Positions 1-9,563 of a stretch of 39,055 bases of DNA are shown here, in pieces. Each line of letters starts with the position of its first letter. Position 1 is the first letter of the stretch. Both the position numbers and the translations under genes were made by a program. The notes under the pieces are model-generated. The model saw only the letters and a program-made list of their open reading frames with translations. It was not told where the DNA came from and did not search any database. The stretch comes from a virus (lineage: Duplodnaviria > Caudoviricetes), in the IMG/VR virus record IMGVR_UViG_3300017700_000484, positions 1-39,055 of that record; one strand, written 5' to 3'.

Positions 1-123
1 GCGACCAGCAGCCATAATCAGTAATCCATGCTATAGTGGGCCATGATCTTGATAGTCATGGTAGCGTTTCTGTGGTGGACCGGGAACCCGTTCATTGCTG
101 CGGCTCCTCTGCTGCTGCTTGCA
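1..123. repeat. Terminal direct repeat, left copy (circular assembly overlap)
   Basis: Bases 1-123 are identical to 38933-39055, giving a unit length of about 38,932 bp. Confidence 0.95.
29..37 (+). promoter_or_regulatory. Extended -10 promoter (TGcTATAGT) for a probable leaderless transcript
   Basis: TG-N-TATAGT at 29-37, with ATG at 43 at the expected +1 position. Confidence 0.5.
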
Positions 124-327
124 TTGGAACGACATCAGATTGTGCCGCAGCCCGCACGACAGCGTCTCTGTTCAAGTCCCACCACTGAGCAAAGGCCGCG
201 TTCCGCCTCGCCAAGTTCTCAGCGTCTGGCACGATACGTTGAACGGGTCCAGCGAGCCAGCGAGCGACGCCAGGCGATGTCAAAATCCGCGACAATCCAT
301 TACCTGCGACCCCGGCCCCGACAATAG
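43..327 (+). CDS. Putative small membrane-anchored protein, antisense to the 3' end of the gp16-like gene
   Basis: Hydrophobic N-terminus MILIVMVAFLWWTGNPFIAAAPLLLLAL followed by a basic tail; extended -10 immediately upstream. Confidence 0.4.
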   Translation: MILIVMVAFLWWTGNPFIAAAPLLLLALERHQIVPQPARQRLCSSPTTEQRPRSASPSSQRLARYVERVQRASERRQAMSKSATIHYLRPRPRQ

Positions 328-2185
328 TCGCGGCTGGAATCAGGTTTCCGGTCATGGCCTGTTGACCAGCGAGCGCCAGACCCGAGCCCACGCCGATGTT
401 GCCCGCAGCGTTGCCGCTTTCCGAATAGTTATAGAACCGACCGGCCTGCTGTTGCTGGCGCATGACGCGGGCGAGGGCGTTGAGGTCTGAGAACTGTTCG
501 GCACGTTCCGCTCCACCGAACAGGATGCGGCGCGCTTGTGGCGTCATCGTTTCCCATTCCGTAGCGAAACGGGCGACAGAGAAGTCGTCGCCACGCTGGC
601 CAAGATCGCGGATAACGCCCGATGCGATCTCGTCCCAGTCTTCGGCAGGGACCGATGAGCGAAGCTGGCGAAGCTGTGCCCAGTTGGAGCGACGGCCCGT
701 AGCCTTGGCTGCGTCTATCAGGCGCGCGTATGCGTCGGCAGGATTGTTCGCGTCGTAGAACCGCGAAAGGACATTGTCAGCACGGGAGCGGGCGGCGCTG
801 TAGTATGTGTCTGCGCGGGACAGGGCTTGTGCCGCCTCTGGGCCGCCAAGCTGTTCAGCGCCTGCCGCAACGTCGTCAGACAGCGCGCCATACAGGCGGC
901 GAAGTCCGGCCTCCGAGCGCGAGTTAAACACGGTGGGATCGTTGAGCATCCGGCCCACGATGGACCGAAGTTGGCGCGCCTCTCCGAACGTAACGCCCTG
1001 ATCGGCCTTTTGCAGAACATCCTGGAACTGGGTCAGGTCGGTTGCGTTGCGGGTGAACCAGTCACGCAGATCTGGCGTGGTGAAGACCGACAGGCTTTCG
1101 TCCACGGCCTGACGCGATGCAGTCAGAGGGATTGGTGTCGGGTTCGATTCAAGAGCGTTAATCGGCTCATACAGTGCCCCACCCTCACGGCGCAGCGTCT
1201 GGGCACCCTCGCGTGCAGACCGCTGCAACGTAGCGCCAGCCGAGGTGCGACCCTCTGCCGTTCCGTATGCGCCAGCGATGCGATCAATAGCCTCGCCAGT
1301 CTGCGTCTCGGCACGGCGAGCAGCGGCTGCAATCGGCTGACCCGTCAGGACGTTACCCGCCAGCGTTTGCGCCGTGCGCTGCGATACCGGTCCGCCAACG
1401 CCAGCCAGCGTCGGCTCAATGCCGACCTGATCGAAGTCCGCGACGCTTTGCGCCATGCGGCTGGTTGGTCGTGTGCCGGTGCTGGAGATGCCAAGAAGGC
1501 GACTGGCATACGGCGCGGCGGCTTGAGCGCCAGCACCAGTAGCGGCCCCCAGAACAGCGCCGGTTACCGCACCGGGGGCGCGCTCTTGGAAGGAGCCGTC
1601 ACCCGCGCCGAAGCCATAGGCAGCGCCGTAGCCTGCGCCTATTTGGGCGGCTCGCCCCACGCTCGCTGCACCGGTTGCGCCACGAACATAAGCAGACCCA
1701 GGCGCGGCCAGACCGGCAGCGAAACCAGAAACCCCGCCAGCATTGCGAGCCGCACCGTAGTTCTCACGGTCGTATTGATTCAAGTCTGTCTGTAGATCGC
1801 GAACCTCGCTGTATGGCGTGCCAGTTATCAAGCCCGCAACCCATGCGGCAGCTTCATCCAGCAAAGGTATTTGCTCGGTAGCCCCGGAGGCAAACGACTC
1901 GACCTGGCCCGACTTAAGCGCCCCAAGTTCAGCCGTGCGTGTCCTATCAGCTGAATAATCAACGGCAGGTGCTTCGGGCTCCGTGTATTTTACCCATTGG
2001 CCGTTTGAGTCTTGACGGAACCCCATGTTCAATAGCTGGGTCGGGTTCTCGTTAATGGGCGCACGATTAACGACGGGCAGTTGAGCGCCATCTTCAGGGC
2101 GCGTGTAGGTGTCCTGAGGCGATTGAGGCGGCGCGACTTGCTGCGTATGAGCGCGGGCCGCTGCGTAGATGTCTTGAACGGCCAT
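92..2185 (-). CDS. DNA ejection/internal virion protein (P22 gp16-like position)
   Basis: 697 aa, Ala/Gly-rich, with GAAYGFGAG-type hydrophobic glycine stretches; start MAVQDIY coupled by TAATG to the upstream gene; last of three ejection genes. Confidence 0.7.
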   Translation of the reverse strand: MAVQDIYAAARAHTQQVAPPQSPQDTYTRPEDGAQLPVVNRAPINENPTQLLNMGFRQDSNGQWVKYTEPEAPAVDYSADRTRTAELGALKSGQVESFASGATEQIPLLDEAAAWVAGLITGTPYSEVRDLQTDLNQYDRENYGAARNAGGVSGFAAGLAAPGSAYVRGATGAASVGRAAQIGAGYGAAYGFGAGDGSFQERAPGAVTGAVLGAATGAGAQAAAPYASRLLGISSTGTRPTSRMAQSVADFDQVGIEPTLAGVGGPVSQRTAQTLAGNVLTGQPIAAAARRAETQTGEAIDRIAGAYGTAEGRTSAGATLQRSAREGAQTLRREGGALYEPINALESNPTPIPLTASRQAVDESLSVFTTPDLRDWFTRNATDLTQFQDVLQKADQGVTFGEARQLRSIVGRMLNDPTVFNSRSEAGLRRLYGALSDDVAAGAEQLGGPEAAQALSRADTYYSAARSRADNVLSRFYDANNPADAYARLIDAAKATGRRSNWAQLRQLRSSVPAEDWDEIASGVIRDLGQRGDDFSVARFATEWETMTPQARRILFGGAERAEQFSDLNALARVMRQQQQAGRFYNYSESGNAAGNIGVGSGLALAGQQAMTGNLIPAATIVGAGVAGNGLSRILTSPGVARWLAGPVQRIVPDAENLARRNAAFAQWWDLNRDAVVRAAAQSDVVPMQAAAEEPQQ

Positions 2186-4002
2186 TAGCGGCGACGCCTC
2201 CGGGTGTCTGAGGGTGGCTTCTGTAGAACAGAACCGTCGGGGGCCACGAACCACGACCCAGGACGAATGTTACCGTAGCTGGTGGCTTCGTCGGCTGGGT
2301 TTACATAGATCGGGTTCTGGCGGTCGCCACGCGGCGCGCGCACGTTCGCTTGTCCGCCTTGAACAATCTGCTGACGAAACTGTAGCTGCTGAGGCGTGAT
2401 GTTAAACGGCAGTCCGGGGGCGTTCGTGTTTGTCCTGCGACCACCCGTAGCGCCGGGCGCTTGAAGCGAGTTAGGTGTGCGGTCAGACCGTCCGCCCTCA
2501 CCCCGCGCCAAGGCATCACGCTCGACCTGTGCGCGACGCTGTGCTTTCTGCTGACGGACAGCAGGGCTGTCGCCAAATACGGGGAAGTATGAGCGTCGCG
2601 CACTTTCCACTTCGTCACGGGTAGCAGCAGCGCCGGTCGTCAGGCGCAACAGGGAGTCGGCCCACTCAAGAGCGGCTGCGTTGTAGCGCCTGTAATCTTC
2701 GGTGAACTGTCCGCCCGCTTGAGCGCGGCCAAAGTCAAAGTTGTTGCGCTCAAGGCTTCCAACAATCTGACCCGCGTCGCTCATCCGGTTCGCGTTGAAC
2801 GAATCCTTGTTCTGGGCCTCTGTAGGGTTGCCTTGGCGACCAGCTCCAGGCGCCGCCTGCAACACACTGATTTGGCCGGTGCTGGACCGCTGATAGACGC
2901 CGTTAGGATTTAGGCCAGCGGCTTGCACCTCTTCGGGGCTAAGGATTGAGCCGCCACGATTACCGCCACCGGAACCACCTGCCTGCGCGGCAGAAACAAG
3001 ACGTGGGCCAGACCGGGGCGCTTCGCCACGGCCAAAGTTAGGCGCTGTAACTTCGCCCTCCCACGCGATGTGCCAGTGGTCTCCTTCGTCAATCAGTTCG
3101 GCAACGCGAACGCCTTGGCTTTCCAGTTGCGCCCTGAGTTGCGCGGGCGTGGTGCCTTGCTGCGGTGGAATGTCAACTGCCCGTCCGCGAAGGTGAAAGC
3201 TGTTCGGAGAGCCGCCCGCCGCTGCATTTTGTTCAGGGGTGCGAAGCCCGCTATTGAACGAGACGCCGGGTATAATGGATTGCAGGACCGAGACAGGGTC
3301 AGCACCAGAACCGTTCCCCGTAGAGCCCGGAGCAACTCCAGGCGAGACCTCCAAAAGGTTTCTGTTGGGGTCTTGCTGGATATATTCCGGCGCGACATAG
3401 CCCTGCGCCACAGGCTCGTTCGTCTCGCCGCTGAACCGTGTCGTCCCGATGGTGTAATCAGGACGCGGGGCTGTAATGTCGTTGACGATCTCGCCTGTGC
3501 CCTTGTCAAACACAGTGACGTTCCCGCCGCCACGATTTACGATCTCAAGCTGACGCTCTTGCTGAGCCGTGGCCTGCTCGACCGTATCCAGAAACCCCGT
3601 GGGGTTGGCCATGAGCGCCTGACGATAGGTCGCCTGCGTCTGCGGGTCGATGCCAAGCTGCGAGAACGCGGGCGCGAACGAGTCGAACGCGGCGACAGGA
3701 TCAGCGCCCTCATTCATTGCGCGACGCAGTGTCGTTGTCGCCTGACGCGTAAACGCAACCTGCTGGGCCAGTTGTTCGGTCTCTTGCGCCTTCTGTGCGG
3801 CCTGCTGTTGAGCTTGTAGGTTCTGGACGCCTACGCCGCCCTGAATGTCCCCATTCCCAAACAGTGCCCCTGCTGCCTGCTGGTAGTTACCTGATTGCAG
3901 GGCCTGACCGGCGCGGCGGTTAGCGACCTGAGTGAACGCGCGATCAACGCTTTCCTCGCCCGCACGAGCGTAGCGAAGCGGATCGTATGCAACATCACTC
4001 AT
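2185..4002 (-). CDS. DNA ejection protein (gp20-like position) with internal peptidase M15 domain
   Basis: Gln/Ala-rich helical N-terminus; SGLRTPEQN..SFHLRGRAVDI..DHWHIAW matches the M15 Zn-peptidase signature. Confidence 0.75.
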   Translation of the reverse strand: MSDVAYDPLRYARAGEESVDRAFTQVANRRAGQALQSGNYQQAAGALFGNGDIQGGVGVQNLQAQQQAAQKAQETEQLAQQVAFTRQATTTLRRAMNEGADPVAAFDSFAPAFSQLGIDPQTQATYRQALMANPTGFLDTVEQATAQQERQLEIVNRGGGNVTVFDKGTGEIVNDITAPRPDYTIGTTRFSGETNEPVAQGYVAPEYIQQDPNRNLLEVSPGVAPGSTGNGSGADPVSVLQSIIPGVSFNSGLRTPEQNAAAGGSPNSFHLRGRAVDIPPQQGTTPAQLRAQLESQGVRVAELIDEGDHWHIAWEGEVTAPNFGRGEAPRSGPRLVSAAQAGGSGGGNRGGSILSPEEVQAAGLNPNGVYQRSSTGQISVLQAAPGAGRQGNPTEAQNKDSFNANRMSDAGQIVGSLERNNFDFGRAQAGGQFTEDYRRYNAAALEWADSLLRLTTGAAATRDEVESARRSYFPVFGDSPAVRQQKAQRRAQVERDALARGEGGRSDRTPNSLQAPGATGGRRTNTNAPGLPFNITPQQLQFRQQIVQGGQANVRAPRGDRQNPIYVNPADEATSYGNIRPGSWFVAPDGSVLQKPPSDTRRRRR

Positions 4003-4619
4003 CAGCCGAACCCGCCCGTAAACGCCTTGATTGCGGCGCTTTGGGCCTGTCCGCCAAGGTTGGAATACAGGTTGCCCATGATGTTACCACGGTTGATGTA
4101 GCTGGAGCCAAGCGCCTGCGCGCGAGTCTGATTGATGCCCGTTACCTGATTTGCGTAGTTGGCCCCCAACTGCGCGTTATTCGACGCCGCAGTCTGCCCC
4201 ACACCAGCAAGGCCCGCAAGGCGGTTCGCGTAAGTGTTAAACTCGCCCGCTGCAAGGTTGCCGGAATACTGCATTGCGGCCTTCTGTGCCGCGCCGCTGT
4301 CCTGAATGCCCAATGCAGAGTTACGCGCCGTCAGTGCGCGGGCCTGCTCAGAATGTCGGAAGGCGTAGTCTGGCGATGCCTGGAACTGCCCCATCGCCGT
4401 GCCTTGCGCGTCTGTACCATTTTGGCCAATAAGACTTGCGTAACTGTTTAGCGCCCCCGTACCCGCAGACAGCCAAGGCTGCATGTCTGCGCGGCTTAGG
4501 TCGTACTGGCGGCGTTGTTCTGCTAGCGAAGCGGCGGACGCCTCACTAGCCGCAGCAGCGGCCTGCTTTTGTCCTTTGGCGGCAGATCGCGCCCCGAAAA
4601 TGTCAGCTACAAAGCTCAT
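4002..4619 (-). CDS. DNA transfer/pilot protein (P22 gp7-like)
   Basis: Ala/Gln/Gly-rich; EQRRQYD..RADMQPW..AG and SPDYAFR motifs typical of podovirus DNA transfer proteins; synteny. Confidence 0.75.
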   Translation of the reverse strand: MSFVADIFGARSAAKGQKQAAAAASEASAASLAEQRRQYDLSRADMQPWLSAGTGALNSYASLIGQNGTDAQGTAMGQFQASPDYAFRHSEQARALTARNSALGIQDSGAAQKAAMQYSGNLAAGEFNTYANRLAGLAGVGQTAASNNAQLGANYANQVTGINQTRAQALGSSYINRGNIMGNLYSNLGGQAQSAAIKAFTGGFG

Positions 4620-5050
4620 TGCGACTTCCTGCCTATTGGCGATTTATACCACGCTTCCGGCGTGAGAATCCATCTTTTACACGCAACCCCGAACACTGTG
4701 TCCTCGAATACACCATCTTCGCGGAAACCGTAAGAGGCGGGCGGCTTTGACCGCCAGTTATCAGCCCACTCATGCGCGATGACCGTAACGCCCTCGCTCA
4801 TTTTCTTGCCAAAGATGTCTCTAAACGACGCGGCTAACTTACGCCCCCAATAGCCCGGAAGGAACGCAACGTGTATTTCCTGGCCGTCTGGTTTGTCCAT
4901 GAACACAAACCCACCGCCTGGGTATTGGTATTCGTGCACATCGTCACGCTCAAGCCAGTCAAGGAAGTCCTCTACAGTCCCGACGCCACGCAATACGAAT
5001 GGCTCCACGTCTGGATGCGTCAGGACGGGGTGCCAATGCTCTCTGGTCAT
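4616..5050 (-). CDS. GNAT-like protein (P22 gp14 position)
   Basis: EIHVAFLPGYWGR resembles acetyltransferase motif A; lies between the tail and ejection genes. Confidence 0.55.
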   Translation of the reverse strand: MTREHWHPVLTHPDVEPFVLRGVGTVEDFLDWLERDDVHEYQYPGGGFVFMDKPDGQEIHVAFLPGYWGRKLAASFRDIFGKKMSEGVTVIAHEWADNWRSKPPASYGFREDGVFEDTVFGVACKRWILTPEAWYKSPIGRKSQ

Positions 5051-5697
5051 ACTGTCCTGCGAGCATACAGGCGGGCTGGTACGTCAGTAATCTGCCACAC
5101 CGGATTGTCTAACTTGAAGTCCAGGCGGTAGCTAATCGCGCCCGTTGATGTTCGGGCATCAAGGAAGGCGTTTATATCAGCCGGATTGTTGCAGAATACG
5201 GTGTTGAAAAGCGTGTCCTTGACGGACGTAAACGCCCACGGCCCGCCGATGACTGTGTCGCCGCCGTCTATCTCGACAAGTCGAACCTCTCCAGAGAGGG
5301 GCGTAAGGTTCTGGTCCGTGCCCGCGTCCGCAAACAGCCCCGACCCAGGAATAGACACGTCGCCAGCAACAACGCCCGCCAGATCGACCTGTGGCCCAGG
5401 CTGCCAGGTGTCACCGATGATGTCCATCGTAAGCGTCTCAGAACCGGCGTTACCGCCGGTCAGGCCGATTGCGATGTTGGCTAGCTGTAGCGCCTCAACG
5501 ATCTGTTCCTGCTGTGCCTCTATCACCAACTGCTGCGCGGTCAGCATAGCGATTGTCTCAGCCTGTGCAGCCTCTTGCGCTTCGATCTTTGGCGCAAACT
5601 GGTTGTTGAAGAAGTCCAGAAACGTTGTCGTCGGCCTGCCCTGGTTATCGACTATGGCCAGCCGAGACTGGAGGCGAGGCAAGCGGAACGCGGGCAT
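5047..5697 (-). CDS. Tail-associated virion protein (gp26/tail needle position)
   Basis: N-terminal IVDNQGRPTTTFLDFF motif, then a coiled coil and a beta-rich C-terminus; directly follows the gp10-like gene. Confidence 0.5.
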   Translation of the reverse strand: MPAFRLPRLQSRLAIVDNQGRPTTTFLDFFNNQFAPKIEAQEAAQAETIAMLTAQQLVIEAQQEQIVEALQLANIAIGLTGGNAGSETLTMDIIGDTWQPGPQVDLAGVVAGDVSIPGSGLFADAGTDQNLTPLSGEVRLVEIDGGDTVIGGPWAFTSVKDTLFNTVFCNNPADINAFLDARTSTGAISYRLDFKLDNPVWQITDVPARLYARRTV

Positions 5698-7064
5698 CAG
5701 AGCGGCTCGTTATAGACGGCGGCGTGCACCGTGAAGACAAAGTCACCCGTCGCGCTGAACTTCCACAGACGACCCGGATAGCGCATCATGCCAAGGCGGT
5801 TCAGGCGAATGCCGTTACCGTATTGGCCCTGACGCCCCATCGACACATCTTGAAAGTCGCCATACGTCTCCAGGTCATCAGACCATGAGATGCGGACTTT
5901 CGGATATTCGTTCGGGTCTGGCGTCGTTCCTGCTGACGCATACAGGCAGATAGAGTCACACCGAACCGGCGTTCGCGGAACAGGCAGCCCGCCCATAACT
6001 TCGCGCTCTAGGGGCTCGCCATCGTCGGTGTTGTTCTCCGCGTCCAGAAAATAGACGTTGCCCGTCTCGCTGTCGCCGCACAGCACCAGGCGGTCTCCAG
6101 CGTCGCCAACGTGCGCGCGCCAGAAGTCATAGCCGTATGACCGGAACTGCGACCACTGTTGAGACGACACGTCATAGACCCACGTGCCCTGCGTCAGCGT
6201 CAGGCAATAACAAGTGTGGCCATCAAAGGCGAACGACCACGCCAGATAGTCTGAAGACTTGCGGATTTGTTCTTCAATGGAGTTGGTTGACATCCGAACA
6301 GGCGTGTTGTCGCCGCGATAAACGATGCCGTCATTACCGACCCACGCAACGCTGTTGTCAAACCGGCAGATTGCGTCTTTGCTGCGCGCGCCCTTGTCGT
6401 AGTTCCGTCCTGGCGTGCGCTGAAACGGCAAGTCAGGATCACCAGTTGGCGTCCAGACCTCAATGCCCTCCTGCTTGAAGAACCACAGCTCATCCCCGAC
6501 GCGCTCTATTTTCAGGATATTGCCGGGGCTGGATTCCGTCGTGGCAAACGACAGGCCGTCAGGGTCATCCTGTCCAGGCTCGATCCAGTAGAACCGGGCA
6601 GAGCCCTCTTGCGGGATAATGAAATAGCCGTTCAGTTGCGCCACAGACCCCGCAGGCCGGTCGTCTGGCATCACGATGTCAACCAGCGTCACGCCGTCCG
6701 TGCGGTACGCCTGACCGTCCGTGACCATGACAGCACGGGTTGCCGTTGCCGCCGCCGTGAACCGCCCCGTTCCGTCGAAGTCACCAATGAACGTCGCCGC
6801 GTCGCTGCCCTCCACAACGCGATACAGCTCCGCGCCTTGAGCCAGCAGAAAATCGCCACCAAACGTACCCGCCTGCCTAAATATGCCCTGTATCGGGTTT
6901 GGCCCGATGTTCATCAGTTTCGTGAGGCCGGGGCGCTGGATGTGGTCAACGCCGTCGTATTGGTTCGTCACCGTCTGCTCGACAAGCATGTTCAGCACGC
7001 GAGCCTCTGGGTTCCACGTGGTGCGCCTGTTGTGAGATGATGTGCCGAGCGGTATTTCAGGCAT
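5697..7064 (-). CDS. Tail hub / packaged DNA stabilization protein (P22 gp10-like)
   Basis: 455 aa, beta-propeller-like; FATTESSPGNI, TWVYDVSSQQW and GRQGQYG..RLNRLG motifs; synteny. Confidence 0.8.
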   Translation of the reverse strand: MPEIPLGTSSHNRRTTWNPEARVLNMLVEQTVTNQYDGVDHIQRPGLTKLMNIGPNPIQGIFRQAGTFGGDFLLAQGAELYRVVEGSDAATFIGDFDGTGRFTAAATATRAVMVTDGQAYRTDGVTLVDIVMPDDRPAGSVAQLNGYFIIPQEGSARFYWIEPGQDDPDGLSFATTESSPGNILKIERVGDELWFFKQEGIEVWTPTGDPDLPFQRTPGRNYDKGARSKDAICRFDNSVAWVGNDGIVYRGDNTPVRMSTNSIEEQIRKSSDYLAWSFAFDGHTCYCLTLTQGTWVYDVSSQQWSQFRSYGYDFWRAHVGDAGDRLVLCGDSETGNVYFLDAENNTDDGEPLEREVMGGLPVPRTPVRCDSICLYASAGTTPDPNEYPKVRISWSDDLETYGDFQDVSMGRQGQYGNGIRLNRLGMMRYPGRLWKFSATGDFVFTVHAAVYNEPL

Positions 7065-7520
7065 CTAGACCCCGCTATTCGGTAGCATGATGACAGACAC
7101 CTTGACGCCGTTCGCAGGGCCGTATGTTGTGACGGTCTGACCGCCCACGGCAACCGAGATACCCAGCACGGTTACGGCGGTAAGGTTTTGCGGTGCTGCG
7201 AGCCTATACCCACGCACGTTGGCCCCGGTGAACGTCTGACCGGTCATAATCCACGACTCGACAAGGAAGATGCACGGCCCCAGGCTCATGGGGGGCATCT
7301 GGGCAAAGGCAGGCAGGGGTTCGGTCGTGAACGCGCGCGAGAACGTCGCCACGCCCTCGCCGTTGGCATCCAGCGTCAGAGGCACAGAGGAAGTAATGCG
7401 CGGGTGCTGATGGTCTCCACGGGCAAAGGTGTTGACCTCTGCCCCGATTGCGCCCGTGCCCTCGCTGCGGGGCAGGGAGTCGGCAGGTTGCGGAGCGGGT
7501 ACTGATACGCCTTGAGCCAC
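7065..7520 (-). CDS. Hypothetical virion protein
   Basis: Coupled within the structural operon; FARGDHQHP motif seen in fibre proteins; beta-rich. Confidence 0.55.
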   Translation of the reverse strand: MAQGVSVPAPQPADSLPRSEGTGAIGAEVNTFARGDHQHPRITSSVPLTLDANGEGVATFSRAFTTEPLPAFAQMPPMSLGPCIFLVESWIMTGQTFTGANVRGYRLAAPQNLTAVTVLGISVAVGGQTVTTYGPANGVKVSVIMLPNSGV

Positions 7521-7894
7521 TAGTAGGTCTCCAGAAAGCTGACCGTCTGTGCGCCGCCAGTAGCGATGCCAGAAACCTGACCGTTATACGGCAGCGTTAC
7601 CGACGCGCCAACGACTCCAGGAAGAAGAAGACCGGTCGTCGCACTCACAGAACCTGTGCCGATATAGACCGGGTTCGTGCCGTGGTTGACGATGGTAATA
7701 GCGCCCCGAGCCGAACGAGCTGCGGCGATCTGCGTTGCCGTCAGACCGACGCTAACCTGATTGGTATTGAGGTTCGGCTGTCCGTATTCGCGCGCAGCCT
7801 GAGGCGTTGTGGATGTCGGAGGTGTCAGATAGACGCCGTTAGGATCAACAGCCACGGATGGCGTTGCTGGGCTGCTCATGTTTGCTGCTGGCAT
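7520..7894 (-). CDS. Hypothetical virion protein (small beta-sandwich)
   Basis: AAGGAG Shine-Dalgarno; R.AITIVNHGTNPVYIG..GLLLPG pattern. Confidence 0.6.
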   Translation of the reverse strand: MPAANMSSPATPSVAVDPNGVYLTPPTSTTPQAAREYGQPNLNTNQVSVGLTATQIAAARSARGAITIVNHGTNPVYIGTGSVSATTGLLLPGVVGASVTLPYNGQVSGIATGGAQTVSFLETY

Positions 7895-7908
7895 CGCCTT
7901 GCTCCTTG

Positions 7909-9144
7909 CTACCCGATTATTGCCACAAAACGACGCTGAACGCTAGCGTTAGACCCTGAGGCAAACAGCGTGTCGCTGTCTTCTGATATAGCAGCGTTGC
8001 CGGAAATATACAGCCTCGCGTTGGACGATGCGTTGTCATTTGCCTCCGTGATGTTGGCGCTGGCGAATATCGTGTTGGAGGTGGTCCCTGTCGCGGAAAC
8101 AGTGTCTCCCGTCTCGGTTATTGAGGCCACACCTTTTATGGACAGGCGAGACGATGACGCGACTGTGTCGTTGGCTTCGGTTATCGCGGCTGTGGCAGAG
8201 ATCGCCAGGCGGGCCGCAGAGGTGACGGTATCGCCCGCCTCTGTGATCGAGGCCGCGCCTTCAATCAGCAGTTCCCCGGTAGCCGAAACCGTATCAGACG
8301 CCTCCGTGATGCTCGCCGTGCCTACGATGGCAGGGGCTACTGCTGTGCCAATAGCCGTGAGGGTGTCGTCGCTCTCTGTAATCGACGCACTGGCCGTGAT
8401 GGCAATCTTGCTCGACGCGGATAGCGCGTCAGCGGCTTCTGTGACCGAGGCGGTGCCTGCGATGGGCAGGACGCCAGAGGACGAGACGGTGTCTGGGTCT
8501 TCGGTGATCGACGCGGCGGCGGTAATGCCGCCGCCGCCCGCCACAGGCTCAATCGCTACCGTCCATAGGCTTGAGTTTGTGCTGGTTCCGGTGAACGGGC
8601 TTGGGTTTTCACTTGCCGCGTTCAGGGCAAGCTCCGCGCAATGCGTCGAAGCCCCTTGAGAAGCGGCAGTGTTTCGGGATTGAAGGTTCGAATATCCTGT
8701 CGGAGCGCCAGGAGCGGTAAGGATGCCTCCCCGACCTATTGCGGCAAGCCACAGAAAGTCCTTCGCCCCGCCGCTAGGTGTGTGATTTGGAGGATCGCCA
8801 GCGTTTGCACCGCCGCCTGCCGATGCGGCGCTTGTCCCGCTTATCCCAGCAAAGCCAGAAATCCGGTAGGAGAGGTGGCTAGAACGTGAACTGGCGTGAG
8901 TGACAGTCAGAGCATCAGAGCCGGTCACCGTCTTATAAAATACAGCCAGACTCGTCGTGTTGTCGTATCGCGTCCCCAGAAGGGTCCACCCTGCCGTCGC
9001 AGTAGGCGTACCAGAGCCGCGCCATGCGATGAAGACGACAAGAAGTTCTCCCGACACCACACCAGACGGCAGGGTGACAGGAGACGTAGTGGAGGCGGTA
9101 TCTTTAAGTCCGCCAGACCGCCCATTGACGACCGGAAACGCCAT
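7909..9144 (-). CDS. Fibre/adhesin-like protein: N-terminal globular domain plus nine ~21-24 aa repeats
   Basis: Repeated ASITE..DT.SA units in the C-terminal half; Ser/Thr/Ala-rich. Confidence 0.7.
   Translation of the reverse strand: MAFPVVNGRSGGLKDTASTTSPVTLPSGVVSGELLVVFIAWRGSGTPTATAGWTLLGTRYDNTTSLAVFYKTVTGSDALTVTHASSRSSHLSYRISGFAGISGTSAASAGGGANAGDPPNHTPSGGAKDFLWLAAIGRGGILTAPGAPTGYSNLQSRNTAASQGASTHCAELALNAASENPSPFTGTSTNSSLWTVAIEPVAGGGGITAAASITEDPDTVSSSGVLPIAGTASVTEAADALSASSKIAITASASITESDDTLTAIGTAVAPAIVGTASITEASDTVSATGELLIEGAASITEAGDTVTSAARLAISATAAITEANDTVASSSRLSIKGVASITETGDTVSATGTTSNTIFASANITEANDNASSNARLYISGNAAISEDSDTLFASGSNASVQRRFVAIIG
7960..8520 (-). repeat. Nine degenerate coding repeats (A-[SA]-I-T-E-x-x-D-[TN]); boundaries approximate
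   Basis: ASITEDPDT, ASVTEAADA, ASITESDDT, ASITEASDT, ASITEAGDT, AAITEANDT, ASITETGDT, ANITEANDN, AAISEDSDT. Confidence 0.85.
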
Positions 9145-9166
9145 GCGTCAGCCTCCCGGCAGGAGG

Positions 9167-9562
9167 TTAGTTGCCGCTGGTGAGCGTGAAAGTCGTAACC
9201 GAGAACGCTTGGCCAGCCGTGAATGACAGACTGTCAAGGATCATGTCGCCGCCGCCGCCAGACAGGGTCGTAGTGCCCTGGATGGTGCCGCCTGAACCGA
9301 CAATGCGGAAATAGCCCGCCGTGCCCGTGGCGTCCGCGCTGGCGTCTTCCCATGTCCCGGATTTGGCCTTGGCACCGCCCGATGCGGCGGCCATCCAGTC
9401 AGACGGGAGGGTGCAGGTCGCAAGGACCGTGCCCGTAGCCGCCGCGTCAGCGTTGGCCGGTGCGGACCCCGTTCGAATGACGAGGCTAGGCGCGGTGCCC
9501 GTGGTGGATTCAACCGCGTCCAGTCGTGCGTTTTTGATCGTGGCTGTATAGCTTAGGGCCAT
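9167..9562 (-). CDS. Small beta-rich virion fibre subunit (putative)
   Basis: 131 aa; IRTGSAPANADAAATGTVLA and ADATGTAGYFRI patterns common in phage structural regions. Confidence 0.6.
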   Translation of the reverse strand: MALSYTATIKNARLDAVESTTGTAPSLVIRTGSAPANADAAATGTVLATCTLPSDWMAAASGGAKAKSGTWEDASADATGTAGYFRIVGSGGTIQGTTTLSGGGGDMILDSLSFTAGQAFSVTTFTLTSGN

Positions 9563-9563
9563 C

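Noticed and set aside
1-123. Terminal repeat as a biological DTR or att site
   Set aside because: It spans the tailspike start and the gp16-like end; best explained as assembler overlap of a circularly permuted genome
7960-8520. Diversity-generating retroelement TR/VR pair
   Set aside because: No reverse transcriptase; repeats are conserved at protein level and do not differ specifically at adenines
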